In this document: positions 1-9,905 of the stretch, one piece after another | How positions within the stretch are numbered: position 1 is the stretch's first letter | Layout of the letters: every line of letters begins with the position of its first letter | From: a virus | Taxonomy: Duplodnaviria; Caudoviricetes | Length of the DNA stretch: 64,000 bases | Strand: one strand, 5' to 3' | IMG/VR virus record: IMGVR_UViG_3300034061_004620 | Notes under the pieces: model-generated | What the model was told of the DNA's origin: nothing | Databases searched by the model: none | What the model saw: the letters and a program-made list of their open reading frames with translations, nothing else | Translations under genes and position numbers: made by a program

Positions 1-1683
1 AATTGTTATGGTATCTGCACCCTACGATTTGCAGGTGCAGATACCATAACAATTAATGGTAGCCCAGTACAAACAGCAGCACAGGCATTCAATGGTGGCA
101 CAGTAGGCTTGGCAACAATCTTTGCTGACAGTACCAATTCAACAGGACTCGGAACTGGTGCAGTAAGAATCGCAGGTGGCTTTAGTGCAAATGGTAACGT
201 TTTCTTTAATAACGTTCATACCATTACTGGTGGTAATATTAGATCAAATATTATAGGTAATGTGTTTACTAATTCACAACCTTTTATCACCAGCTTAGGC
301 ACCCTGACATCCTTAAATGTAAGTGGTCAAAGTACATTTGCTAATCTACTTCCAAATTCCGACAATACACGTTGGCTTGGTACACCGGGTAGTCGTTGGT
401 TGCAAGGGCATTTCTTTTCGCTCACAGCAAGCCAAATCACCGGCGCAGTAAGTTTTAACGGAGTACAAACTTTTGGTTCTAATCTATTAGCCACCAGTGG
501 TACAGATAGCGTTGACAAAACTACTGGTGCTGTGGTCATCACTGGATTTGGCGGGTTGGGTGTAGGCGGCACCGTTCACACTGGCGGCAACATTTATATT
601 GACAATATTGCTGACACAGCAGGCCTTATTTCAACTACCTCAACATCATATCTGTTTAATGAAAATACTCAAGCCGTATACATAGGTGCAGCAGGGCAAA
701 CAATTTTTGCAAATGCTAATCCAGCCTTCACAACAGGAACAGGCGCGGTAAGAATTACCAGCGGCGGTATGAGTATTACTCAAGGTAATCTATACATTGG
801 TGGATCAGCCGGAAATGCAATAGTTGCGACAGGAAATATAAATGCAACTGGTAACTTAGTAACACTGTCAAATGTTTTTGCATCTGGTAATATAGTAGGC
901 GGCACAGAACCTTTCCGTGGCTTTTTGGGTAACTTGTTTGGTTCCCCAGTAACTGGTAATGTTCACGTTGGCACACACATGTTGCCAAATTCAAACATTG
1001 CTTTTAGTTTGGGTGGATTGACTCGTAGATATCAAACTGTCTGGGCTAATGTAACAAATTCGTTATTTGTAGAGTCTGCAAATATTACCACGTCTAACGT
1101 GCTGGCACAGGGCGGAGCATTTACTGGGGTCGTACATACAATTACTGCTCCTGTGTTAACTGCTAATTCAATGATAGCTACAACAGAATTTGTAATTAAT
1201 AACGGCACACCAACAGGAGCATTAATGATGTGGCCAACAGGCGCGGCGCCAGCTGGATGGTTGTTATGTAACGGCCAGGCAGTAAGTAGATCTACCTATG
1301 CAGAATTATTTGCTGTTATTACTACAACTTTTGGAGCAGGAGACAATTCTACTACATTCAATCTACCTGACTATAGAAACAGAATGCCTGTTGGTGCCGG
1401 TACATTATATGGCGTTGGAAGTTCTGGAGGTAATAAGGACGCAATAGTAGTAAGCCATACGCATACTGCAACAGTTAACGACCCAGGACACAATCACCAG
1501 ACTGGTGTAATTACAGTAGACAGCGGTGGATTTGGACTCACCGCGAGGTCAAGTGCCACCACTGCAACACCCACATCGAGTTCATTTACTAACGTAAGTG
1601 TAAGCATAAGTAGCACAGGTTCATCAGGGACGGATGCAAACATGCCTCCGTATTTGGGTATACAATTTATTATAAAAACGTAA
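1..1683 (+). CDS. Tail fibre protein with C-terminal phage tail collar domain (5' partial)
   Basis: Frame is open from base 1. Repeated TTGAV(R/V)I(A/T)GG fibre motifs, then the collar motif GALMMWPTGAAPAGWLLCNGQAVSRSTYAELFAVI...FNLPDYR and a C-terminal NMPPYLGIQFIIKT. Confidence 0.85.
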   Translation, partial: NCYGICTLRFAGADTITINGSPVQTAAQAFNGGTVGLATIFADSTNSTGLGTGAVRIAGGFSANGNVFFNNVHTITGGNIRSNIIGNVFTNSQPFITSLGTLTSLNVSGQSTFANLLPNSDNTRWLGTPGSRWLQGHFFSLTASQITGAVSFNGVQTFGSNLLATSGTDSVDKTTGAVVITGFGGLGVGGTVHTGGNIYIDNIADTAGLISTTSTSYLFNENTQAVYIGAAGQTIFANANPAFTTGTGAVRITSGGMSITQGNLYIGGSAGNAIVATGNINATGNLVTLSNVFASGNIVGGTEPFRGFLGNLFGSPVTGNVHVGTHMLPNSNIAFSLGGLTRRYQTVWANVTNSLFVESANITTSNVLAQGGAFTGVVHTITAPVLTANSMIATTEFVINNGTPTGALMMWPTGAAPAGWLLCNGQAVSRSTYAELFAVITTTFGAGDNSTTFNLPDYRNRMPVGAGTLYGVGSSGGNKDAIVVSHTHTATVNDPGHNHQTGVITVDSGGFGLTARSSATTATPTSSSFTNVSVSISSTGSSGTDANMPPYLGIQFIIKT

Positions 1684-4600
1684 TGAGCACAATAACCTGG
1701 ATCACATCAAAAGGAGATTTAGGCACTGTTCCTGAAGCTCGCTTTTTTTCACAGCAGTTCTCTGCAGTGGACAGTGATGAACAGCCTCTAATTTATAATT
1801 TCATTGCCGGTGAACTTCCGGGAGGTATGTATCTTACACGATCTGGCGAATTACGTGGAGTACCAGTTATACTAAGTCCGGTTGGACAAACTGCTTCGTA
1901 TTCATTTACGATTAGGGCCATTAATCCTCAGGGCAAGGTTGCAGATAGATCATTTTTTATAACAGTAAGCAATGTAGCTGGTCCAGAAATATTTCCAAGA
2001 CCCAATTTGATAGGTGCATTCTTCGATGGAGAATACTTGGAATATCAATTTGACTCTATAAATGCCAATCCTGCTGCTACAGAAACATGGTCATTGTTGG
2101 CTGGTAATATACCTCCAGGTACCAGCCTGTCTGCAGACGGTAAACTATCTGGTTATCTTGATGTTGTAGCATCAAATACTGACCTGCTTGGTTATGAAGC
2201 CACAGGAATTGAATCTGTTGTATATGATGTATTACCTGAAAGTACAGATCGAAATTATAACTTCACTATACAAGTTTCTGATGGTACAAAATACGATACA
2301 TTAAATGTTAGAGTGTTAGTAGTCAGTAAATCAAACTTTACTGGTGACAACGATATAACTTTAATTAACAATACATTCTTAAGCATTGATCAAGACAATA
2401 GATATAGGCCAGTAATTTTAAATGCTCCGGATTCACTACCAGTGCGAGTGTCTGGAGACATGTTTGCATACAAATTTTTAGCGTATGATCCTGAAGACGA
2501 AGATATTTCATGGAAAGTTGATGAATTGGCATTCAGTGGTATGGATGATCTGGACGCAGCCGATGATCAAATCCTGGTAGGAAATGGTACAGCTGGTCCT
2601 TATATTTTAAGTCAACCGGCAGCAGCTAACGAAATCTGCGTAAGAGTAAATGACATATTACTCACAGCTATTGATGATTACACCGTATCAACTCCTAACA
2701 TTTTTAGTTTTACTAATTTTGCTATATCAACTATAGTACGAACCAACGACGAAGTTGTAGTAACCTTGTCAAACCCTCACAGTTACGTGACCGGTGACAT
2801 CATCGATGTATATGGAGTGACTAATATCACGTTTAACGGTCGTTTCACTGTGAGTGAAGTAGTATCTGACACTGTTTTAAAGTACAATCAAGGTGCTACC
2901 GATGCCAGCGACAGCACCGGAACGCTGGCAACAAGAGCTCCAAGTCCAACTGATGTAGTTGAAGTATTGTTTATAAGCAGCGTTACTGGTTTTGACACCA
3001 TACGTTTTGATCAGGGTGCAGAAGGGTTGCCTTTAGGTTTACAGATAAATCAAGCCACCGGTTGGTTATTTGGTACACTGCCTGCACAAACCGAAGACAC
3101 AAAAACTTATGATGTAACAATCAGAGCTTACAGGACACTATTTGTTGATTATTTAAGTGATCCGGTTACGTTTAAACTTACAGTCAAAAGAACCAGAAAC
3201 GAAGAAATTATTTGGAATACACCTACCGATCTGGGCTTCATCGACAATGGATCAATTAGTGAGTTAACAATAAGTGCTACTAATACCGTTGGAAAAGAAT
3301 TAGAATATAGCATTGTTTACCAACCGTATAGAAGAGTTCCACAAGGACTCAAAATGTTGAGATCCGGAAATTTTGTTGGTAAAGTGACTTTTAGATATTT
3401 TAGTCTTGATGGCGCACGTGGGTTTTTACCACTGACTACTACCGATGGTATCGAAGTTGGCATGAGTGTGCAGGGTGTTGGTGTAGCAGCAGGATGTGAA
3501 GTTACAGACATAATTGAAAATAATACCATTGAAATAAGACCGGCAATTTATGTTGTTCAAGGCACACCTTTGACCTTTAGTAATGATACCAATACTATAG
3601 TGGTTTCTACCAGAGCAAATGCAATTTCTACTGTAATTGATGGCGGGGATACAACATTCGATCAAGACGCAAGATTTAGTGTTAAAGCAGAATCAGTAGA
3701 TAAATCAATATCTGCAGTGAAAAACTTTGTTGTTCATATAAGACCAAGAAATTTAGCACCATATGAAAATCTGTATCTGAAAGCATTGCCTAAAGAAGAA
3801 CAACGCTTGGGGTTAAAAAATGTATTAGAAGATCCAAATATAATACCTAAAGAGTTATTATATAGATCCGATGATGCGTTTTTTGGTCTACAAAAAAATT
3901 TAAAATTTTTATTTCTTCCTGGACTAAGTGCCTCGAGAGTTGATACTGTTGTCAATTCCATTGCTTTAAATCATTATACAAAAAATTTAAATTTTGGAGA
4001 AATAAAAACTGCCCGAGCTATAGGCAAAGATGGCAGTATAGATTACGAAGTAGTTTATGCAGATGTTATTGATAGCCAACAGTTTGATACTAAAGGTCCT
4101 CCATTAAGCGTTTCTCTTAATAATAAAAATAAATTTAAGTTCGGTGCGTCTGAATACGACACAATATATCCTAACAGTTTTAACAACATGCAGAATAGAG
4201 TCGAACAAGGTTTAGGCTATACCAATAGAGGAGCATTACCTCGTTGGATGACAAGTGTACAGGAAAACGGATATGTGTTAGGCTTAACAAGAGCAGTAGT
4301 TGTGGCTTACACTAAACCAGGATCTTCAAAACTTGTAGCGTATAGATTAAAAAATAGTGGATTCAAATTAAATTCAATTGACTTTGTAGTGGACAGATAC
4401 CAATGGGATAATTATCTATCCAAGTTTTATGACATTAATGCAGCGAGATTTTTACCAAGTAGAGATACAACATTTGACAAATTTCCAAACTTGGGTGCAG
4501 GAAGTGATGTAATTACAGGATCAATGATTTTTCCGGTAACTAATTCAAATGCTGTTACTATCACAGACAATTTAAAAATTGGTTATGGATGGATTTGCAC

Positions 4601-5435
4601 AGGCATTGATACTTTATCCACTGTGGCAGCAAATACCGTAGTACGTTCTGTGGAATTAACTTCAGTAAACGGAATAAGAGCATTAAACATGGTTCTTAAT
4701 TCTAATATAACAGCATCAGTTGGTGCAGTTTTAAAATTTGATGGTACTGCACGAGTCGACTATGCTGTGTCTGGCCCTTTTAGTCAAATAAATGGAAACA
4801 CTGTTGAAAATTGTAAAAGATTAGGTCTAATTGACGGAGTTACAAATTTTGTAGAGAACGAGCTGATAATATTTGTAAACCAACAAAACTTTGGTCCTGA
4901 ATACGTCAACGACGGGTGGATTTTAACTGACGGTATAACAACGGTGCCCGGATATTTAGAAAAATTATCAGAGCAATCAAATGTTAACCAACGAGGAGGA
5001 GCATGGCAACTCACTTGGGAACCGTTGATACCATTGGGATTTGATAGCGATGAAGCGGGTTTTGATGAAGCCAGCCCGGGATTTGCATATTCAAGGTTTG
5101 AGCAAGGAGAAGATGCAGAAATCAAGCTTGAATTCCAAAACGAAATAAATTTAAATCAAACTGTCAAAGTACGTACTGGTAAAACCTTTCCTGCAAGCAC
5201 CTTACAATATAGATCAAATGCAGGTGAATCAATTCCGAGATATAGAATATTTACAGGATCACTCGCAAGTGAAGAAACTACATTTGACGGAGGCAGTTGC
5301 CAATGTCGCGAAGGGGATCCAGGAAAAGGTGGCGTTCGCGGCGGTACAGCGTTCAGTAACAATAGAGACAAATATATCATTCCAGAATCTGAGGATAAAT
5401 ATATCAAGTTCCCACAAAATGGAGTATTCGTATAA
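1683..5435 (+). CDS. Large virion structural protein, probable baseplate wedge subunit with Ig-like (He_PIG-type) repeats
   Basis: 1250 aa. Repeated GELPGGMYL..SGEL.G / PPGTSLSADGKLSG / LPLGLQIN..TGWLFG Ig-like motifs and repeated TTFD motifs. Lies next to the tail fibre. Confidence 0.7.
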   Translation: MSTITWITSKGDLGTVPEARFFSQQFSAVDSDEQPLIYNFIAGELPGGMYLTRSGELRGVPVILSPVGQTASYSFTIRAINPQGKVADRSFFITVSNVAGPEIFPRPNLIGAFFDGEYLEYQFDSINANPAATETWSLLAGNIPPGTSLSADGKLSGYLDVVASNTDLLGYEATGIESVVYDVLPESTDRNYNFTIQVSDGTKYDTLNVRVLVVSKSNFTGDNDITLINNTFLSIDQDNRYRPVILNAPDSLPVRVSGDMFAYKFLAYDPEDEDISWKVDELAFSGMDDLDAADDQILVGNGTAGPYILSQPAAANEICVRVNDILLTAIDDYTVSTPNIFSFTNFAISTIVRTNDEVVVTLSNPHSYVTGDIIDVYGVTNITFNGRFTVSEVVSDTVLKYNQGATDASDSTGTLATRAPSPTDVVEVLFISSVTGFDTIRFDQGAEGLPLGLQINQATGWLFGTLPAQTEDTKTYDVTIRAYRTLFVDYLSDPVTFKLTVKRTRNEEIIWNTPTDLGFIDNGSISELTISATNTVGKELEYSIVYQPYRRVPQGLKMLRSGNFVGKVTFRYFSLDGARGFLPLTTTDGIEVGMSVQGVGVAAGCEVTDIIENNTIEIRPAIYVVQGTPLTFSNDTNTIVVSTRANAISTVIDGGDTTFDQDARFSVKAESVDKSISAVKNFVVHIRPRNLAPYENLYLKALPKEEQRLGLKNVLEDPNIIPKELLYRSDDAFFGLQKNLKFLFLPGLSASRVDTVVNSIALNHYTKNLNFGEIKTARAIGKDGSIDYEVVYADVIDSQQFDTKGPPLSVSLNNKNKFKFGASEYDTIYPNSFNNMQNRVEQGLGYTNRGALPRWMTSVQENGYVLGLTRAVVVAYTKPGSSKLVAYRLKNSGFKLNSIDFVVDRYQWDNYLSKFYDINAARFLPSRDTTFDKFPNLGAGSDVITGSMIFPVTNSNAVTITDNLKIGYGWICTGIDTLSTVAANTVVRSVELTSVNGIRALNMVLNSNITASVGAVLKFDGTARVDYAVSGPFSQINGNTVENCKRLGLIDGVTNFVENELIIFVNQQNFGPEYVNDGWILTDGITTVPGYLEKLSEQSNVNQRGGAWQLTWEPLIPLGFDSDEAGFDEASPGFAYSRFEQGEDAEIKLEFQNEINLNQTVKVRTGKTFPASTLQYRSNAGESIPRYRIFTGSLASEETTFDGGSCQCREGDPGKGGVRGGTAFSNNRDKYIIPESEDKYIKFPQNGVFV

Positions 5436-6509
5436 ATGACAAGCCAAGTTAATCCAAATAATATTGATGGTACATATCCTGTTGCAGGCCAAGACAATGA
5501 CAGTCAAGGTTTCCGTGATAATTTTACCAACATTCGTAACAATTTTACATATGTAAAAGCTGAATTAGAAGATATTCAAAATAAAGCAGTTTTTAAATCA
5601 GCTCTTACAAACACAACATTAAGTAACGATTTAGCAGGTAACATCATGCTCAATCCGAGCTTTACCGGCTACAGAGAAACATATAACAACATTGGCGCGG
5701 TAAGTGGCTCAATCACTATAGATTTTACAAACGGTAATTTCCAAAAAATAACACTGGCAGGCGCGACCACGCTTGCATTTAATTTTCCAAGTAATGCTGC
5801 TAATCAAAACGCTAAAATTGTAGTTTGGGTCAGTGTTAATAATCCACTTTATACTCTAACTCTGCCCGGTGACGTGTCTCTCGGCGATAAAGATACCATT
5901 GCTGGTCTAAGCGGAAGTGTTGTTACTTTTAGTGCAATAGAACTTGCTAATGCCACTGATTACTTTTTTGAGTTCAGTACCGTGGATTATGGCTCAGCCA
6001 TAGCAATCAAAGACCTAACAAGAAATCGTGCGTTTAACTTTAGTGGTTTAACCGTGTCAGGTGGTAATGTAGTAGCCAACAGCACCACTATAAGTAATTC
6101 AGTTACAACAGGATCATTTGTGGCCAAGGGCGGAGCAGGTATAGCTGGTAATGCATGGATTGGCGGTAACGTGGCACAAGCAGGTGGCACTATCAACTCC
6201 AATTATGCTTATGTCACATTGGTCAATAATCAAGATTTTGCAGCTAATATTCTTTACAATAATCTATTTTTAGATACAGCAAGTTCTGCAACTATTGCTA
6301 ATGCATATGTCACATTACCAAGCGGCGCCGAGGATGGGCGACGAATTACTTTGAGTTTCCTTGCGCCAATAACGACCGTATTTGTAAACAAAGGCGGTGC
6401 CGGAAATGCTGCAAAAGTAAAATGGGTAGCAAATAGTATTGCCAGTACTGGTAATACCGTGGTTCGTTTGACCTGGAGTCAAGCCAACACCAACTGGCTA
6501 TTAAGTTAA
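5436..6509 (+). CDS. Virion structural protein (baseplate/tail associated)
   Basis: N-terminal IDGTYPVAGQDNDSQGFRDNF motif typical of large-myophage structural proteins; beta-rich body with a TTGSFVAKGGAGIAGN fibre-like motif. Confidence 0.6.
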   Translation: MTSQVNPNNIDGTYPVAGQDNDSQGFRDNFTNIRNNFTYVKAELEDIQNKAVFKSALTNTTLSNDLAGNIMLNPSFTGYRETYNNIGAVSGSITIDFTNGNFQKITLAGATTLAFNFPSNAANQNAKIVVWVSVNNPLYTLTLPGDVSLGDKDTIAGLSGSVVTFSAIELANATDYFFEFSTVDYGSAIAIKDLTRNRAFNFSGLTVSGGNVVANSTTISNSVTTGSFVAKGGAGIAGNAWIGGNVAQAGGTINSNYAYVTLVNNQDFAANILYNNLFLDTASSATIANAYVTLPSGAEDGRRITLSFLAPITTVFVNKGGAGNAAKVKWVANSIASTGNTVVRLTWSQANTNWLLS

Positions 6510-6524
6510 AAGAAACAATATTAT

Positions 6525-6553
6525 TTGACTCCTGGCTTTGCATAGTTTATAAT
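6525..6553 (+). promoter_or_regulatory. Sigma70-type promoter
   Basis: TTGACT-17 bp-TATAAT, followed by a GGAG SD and ATG at 6574. Confidence 0.8.
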
Positions 6554-6573
6554 TGTGCAAACCAGGAGTTTTT

Positions 6574-7008
6574 ATGACCATTGATTTGAATCGATACAAA
6601 GAATTTGTAGAAGCAGTAACTTCCAAACCTTCCAATGATTTAACTACTTTCATGTCCCGTTTGGATTATTTAGACGGTAACTTCAACTTTGAAACAGACA
6701 CACATGGCCCAGATATTAATGTACCGCTATTACTAACCGCAGCATTGGGTCTTGCAGCAGAAACTGGCGAGTTTTGTGAAATACCTAAAAAGATATATTT
6801 TCAAGGAAAAGCACTTAGCGAAGAAAATGTATTTCATATGAAACGTGAGCTCGGCGATATTATGTGGTATTGGATCAATGCTTGCAGAGCACTGAGATTA
6901 GATCCTAACGACGTGATTGAGGAAAATGTAAATAAACTTAAAGCTCGCTACCCCGGTGGTGAATTTGACGTACACTTTTCTGAAAACAGAACTGTAGGAG
7001 ACATTTAA
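6574..7008 (+). CDS. mazG: MazG-like NTP pyrophosphohydrolase
   Basis: ALGLAAETGEFCEIPKK...MKRELGDIMWY...NVNKLKARYP all-alpha NTP-PPase motifs; start moved to the SD-preceded ATG at 6574. Confidence 0.85.
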   Translation: MTIDLNRYKEFVEAVTSKPSNDLTTFMSRLDYLDGNFNFETDTHGPDINVPLLLTAALGLAAETGEFCEIPKKIYFQGKALSEENVFHMKRELGDIMWYWINACRALRLDPNDVIEENVNKLKARYPGGEFDVHFSENRTVGDI

Positions 7009-7079
7009 TGAATAGCTGGGTCGACTACTTTCCTCCATTGAATTTATGGAATTGGCCCAGCTTTTTTATAGGAGATATC

Positions 7080-7319
7080 ATGCACCCATTGGTTTCCAAT
7101 CTTTCAGAATTATCCAACGAAGAGTTACACAAAAAATACAACGAACTAACTCAAAAAATGAATCAGGCTCACAGATTCGGACCTACCAGTGTTATTCCAC
7201 AAATGCAAATGATATTAGAAAATTATCGTTACGAAATGGATACTCGTAATAGGAAACTTATGGAAGAAATGGAAGCCAAAAATGACAAGTTTAAAGACTT
7301 GATAGATATCAAAAAATGA
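7080..7319 (+). CDS. Hypothetical protein
   Basis: ORF with a GGAG SD before ATG 7080; coiled-coil-like; overlaps the next gene. Confidence 0.65.
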   Translation: MHPLVSNLSELSNEELHKKYNELTQKMNQAHRFGPTSVIPQMQMILENYRYEMDTRNRKLMEEMEAKNDKFKDLIDIKK

Positions 7320-7834
7320 AGTACGATAATTTTGGGCAAGCCTATATAAGCAGCACAGAATTGTGCGAGGTCTTATATAAAAATCCAGATATTGATTTAA
7401 GTCAATTTTTTGTAGAAGACAGTAATCAATACAATACAGCGGTGAGAACAACTTTTTCTGATTTTGCCCAGGTTAAAGAGTATCGTCCTTATCCAGCAAA
7501 TTATTCAGTCGACATTTTTCATCAAACAAAACAAAAACAATGGCATATGCCAGCCGAATATGCCAACATGAACATTGCACAGTGGCTACTGGATCAATGC
7601 CGAACTCAAGAAGAATTACAGCGAGTAGGCCAAGAATTGTTGCTATATCAAGAACGCGATTTATTTCCTTTGCTTAGGCAACTAAAATATGTGATTGACA
7701 CATGGAGGTCTAACAACATAGTATGGGGTGTAGGTAGAGGATCAAGTGTGGCCAGTTATGTGTTATATTTGATTGGCGTGCATAGAATAAACAGCATGTA
7801 TTATGATTTAGATATAACAGAATTCTTACGATAA
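7316..7834 (+). CDS. Stand-alone fragment of DNA polymerase III alpha (DnaE) NTPase/palm region
   Basis: WGVGRGSSVASYVLYLIGVHRINSMYYDLDITEFLR matches DnaE GxGRGSxxxSLVAYxLxIT.LDP..FDL.FERFL; the ORF stops before the PDxDxD catalytic motif. Confidence 0.75.
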   Translation: MKYDNFGQAYISSTELCEVLYKNPDIDLSQFFVEDSNQYNTAVRTTFSDFAQVKEYRPYPANYSVDIFHQTKQKQWHMPAEYANMNIAQWLLDQCRTQEELQRVGQELLLYQERDLFPLLRQLKYVIDTWRSNNIVWGVGRGSSVASYVLYLIGVHRINSMYYDLDITEFLR

Positions 7835-7856
7835 ATAACCGCACAAGGAGACACAC

Positions 7857-8261
7857 ATGAAAAGAGTGTATACAACAGCGAATGGCAAAAGAGTTAATAT
7901 GGATGCCATTATAGCACAAAACGACGACGCCATTGCAGTAGGCAATATGAAAGTTAATGCTCGTGGAGATCAATTGGGCCCAGGTGGAAAAATAGAAACT
8001 CCAAGAGACCGTATTATGCAGGAACATTATAAATTAAACACACCAATGGCCATTGATCAACCACCACAGCCTCGTCGTAAAGAAGTCAAAAAAGATTTGA
8101 CCGATGAATGGGTAGAACCAATAGTGGCATTTGAATCTACTGCACCAATTGAAGAAGAAATTGCTCAACCCAAACTACGAGGTAGTCTGGCAGATACCGT
8201 TGCAAAAAATCAACCAACGACAAAAACACCTGTTCGAAAAACAGGTCCAACAAGAATTTAA
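7857..8261 (+). CDS. Hypothetical late protein
   Basis: TAAATA at 7832 and an AAGGAG SD; N-terminal YTTANGKRVNMD...GNMKVNARGDQLGPGG. Confidence 0.65.
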   Translation: MKRVYTTANGKRVNMDAIIAQNDDAIAVGNMKVNARGDQLGPGGKIETPRDRIMQEHYKLNTPMAIDQPPQPRRKEVKKDLTDEWVEPIVAFESTAPIEEEIAQPKLRGSLADTVAKNQPTTKTPVRKTGPTRI

Positions 8262-8273
8262 GCGAGGAGAAAG

Positions 8274-8696
8274 ATGGCAGTTACCAATCCGTTTGATCAA
8301 AAACGTGGATATCAATTTGGTGTAGAAATAGATGGCGAAATACGTCCATTAAAAAACAGCATAATTGTTACTGAAATGAGTTTTGAAGGTAGACAATTAA
8401 GTAGCGGTATACTATTATTAGGAGATGATGGAAAAACTGACGGTATTCGTCCACGGTGGGCAAGAGTGTACGCAATTGGACCCGAACAACAAGATGTTCG
8501 GGTCGGACAATGGGTGCTTGTTGAACACGGAAGATGGAGCCGCGGTCTTAAGATAGTCAAGGACGGAGAAGAGATTACTATACGCCGAGCAGATCCCGAA
8601 GCTGTTATTTTCGTATCAGATGATGAACCTGAAAATATAGATACTATTTCAACCGCAGTACATGCTGAGCGTAAAACTCGCGAACAGTACGAATGA
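8274..8696 (+). CDS. groES: GroES/Cpn10-like co-chaperonin
   Basis: IRPLKNSIIV...SSGILL...VYAIGP...VRVGQWVLV fits the Cpn10 pattern; AGGAG SD. Confidence 0.75.
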   Translation: MAVTNPFDQKRGYQFGVEIDGEIRPLKNSIIVTEMSFEGRQLSSGILLLGDDGKTDGIRPRWARVYAIGPEQQDVRVGQWVLVEHGRWSRGLKIVKDGEEITIRRADPEAVIFVSDDEPENIDTISTAVHAERKTREQYE

Positions 8697-8923
8697 TAAA
8701 ACATTGGAATGTTGAAAACATTGTAACTCAACTTCATTCTTGCGGTTATGCCATAACCGATCCAAGAATGGATGGTTTTGTTACGTGGGGTTGTAAACAA
8801 GATCTTTACAATATTAAATTTATTCTTGATGAAATAATTGAAAACGCCCCCACTTACGTAGGCGAGCAAGAATGGCTCAATGAAAGAGCTAAAGAAAAAA
8901 TCTGGAAAATTATATCACGATAA
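8693..8923 (+). CDS. Hypothetical protein
   Basis: ORF coupled to both neighbours by start/stop overlaps. Confidence 0.6.
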   Translation: MIKHWNVENIVTQLHSCGYAITDPRMDGFVTWGCKQDLYNIKFILDEIIENAPTYVGEQEWLNERAKEKIWKIISR

Positions 8924-9711
8924 TGCAAACTTCTGTTAAATTACGCAACGGGTATCAACTTGATTTACCCGGCGGCGAAAGCTGCTATTGGTTTGAAATG
9001 GATCACCCAAGAGAAAAGGTGCCCGACTTTCAAACCATATATGATTACTACATTGAAAAAAACTTTTGGAAGCTGTGGATCAAACCTGGAATGACCTGTA
9101 TTGATATTGGCGGGCATTCAGGAGATACTGCTATTCCCATGATGAGTCGATGTAGAGCCACTGTTCTATCTGTGGAGCCAAATCCTGTAATACTTCCATA
9201 CTTAAAATTCAATTGTAGTGTCAATCAACATCTGGGACGTTTTGTTATTGCCAACGAAGCAGTAACCAATTGTACAGCAGATAATTTAACTTTTAAAGAT
9301 CACCAAAATAGTATGTGCAACGGTGGTCTTGTTGGTGAATCATGGGATGCCGAAACTGCTGCAAGAGTTGCAGGAATGAGCGGGGAAAGTATCACTGTAT
9401 CTGGTATGACTCTACTGGATATGTGCAACAAATATCTTACATTAGAAGAAATAGCCAAAATTGGATTTGTGAAAACAGATACAGAAGGACATGACATAGA
9501 AATCATTAGGAGTTCAAGAGATATTCTTGTAAAATATAAACCTGTGCTTTTTACTGAGTGGTTCGTTGCGTACAGCCAAGCTGATACAAATGAACTATTT
9601 CGAGTAATCGAAGAAGCTGGGTATGTGGCTTTTTATCCAGAAACAATGGAACCAGCGCATCCTGATCAAAGAAGTGAAGATTTAGTTTGTTTACACAAGG
9701 ACAATTTATGA
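8923..9711 (+). CDS. FkbM-family SAM-dependent methyltransferase
   Basis: CIDIGGHSG, VLSVEPNP, FVKTDTEGHDIEII and VLFTE motifs. Confidence 0.85.
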   Translation: MQTSVKLRNGYQLDLPGGESCYWFEMDHPREKVPDFQTIYDYYIEKNFWKLWIKPGMTCIDIGGHSGDTAIPMMSRCRATVLSVEPNPVILPYLKFNCSVNQHLGRFVIANEAVTNCTADNLTFKDHQNSMCNGGLVGESWDAETAARVAGMSGESITVSGMTLLDMCNKYLTLEEIAKIGFVKTDTEGHDIEIIRSSRDILVKYKPVLFTEWFVAYSQADTNELFRVIEEAGYVAFYPETMEPAHPDQRSEDLVCLHKDNL

Positions 9712-9905
9712 AATTAGAACTAAGCAATGTCGACGGATATCATACGTATGGATATTTTGAGCCAATGAATCATCCAGAAGGTTATCATACCTTAAAGTTA
9801 ACAAGTCAATGGGAGACTGCCAAAGACCCAGGAGCAGAGCAGACAAGATTTACTATGATATTGTCTCCTGACGCCCTCAACAATTTACGTACACTAATTA
9901 AATGA
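9708..9905 (+). CDS. Hypothetical protein
   Basis: AAGGA SD before ATG 9708; translationally coupled. Confidence 0.55.
   Translation: MKLELSNVDGYHTYGYFEPMNHPEGYHTLKLTSQWETAKDPGAEQTRFTMILSPDALNNLRTLIK

Noticed and set aside
150-780. Repeated TTGAVxIxGG motifs in the tail fibre
   Set aside because: Ordinary fibre structural repeats with divergent codons; no sign of a DGR template/variable repeat or an invertible cassette in the window.
7380-7400. NPDIDL near the N-terminus of the DnaE fragment, suggesting circular permutation of the catalytic PDIDxD
   Set aside because: The last Asp is missing (PDIDLS) and the surrounding sequence does not resemble the palm; probably coincidence.
8312-8869. 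Long antisense ORFs in the track (e.g. 8312-8869, 18185-18730, 21865-22476, 25775-26305, 30794-31408)
   Set aside because: They shadow well-supported + strand genes, lack an SD or promoter, and show no recognisable motifs.
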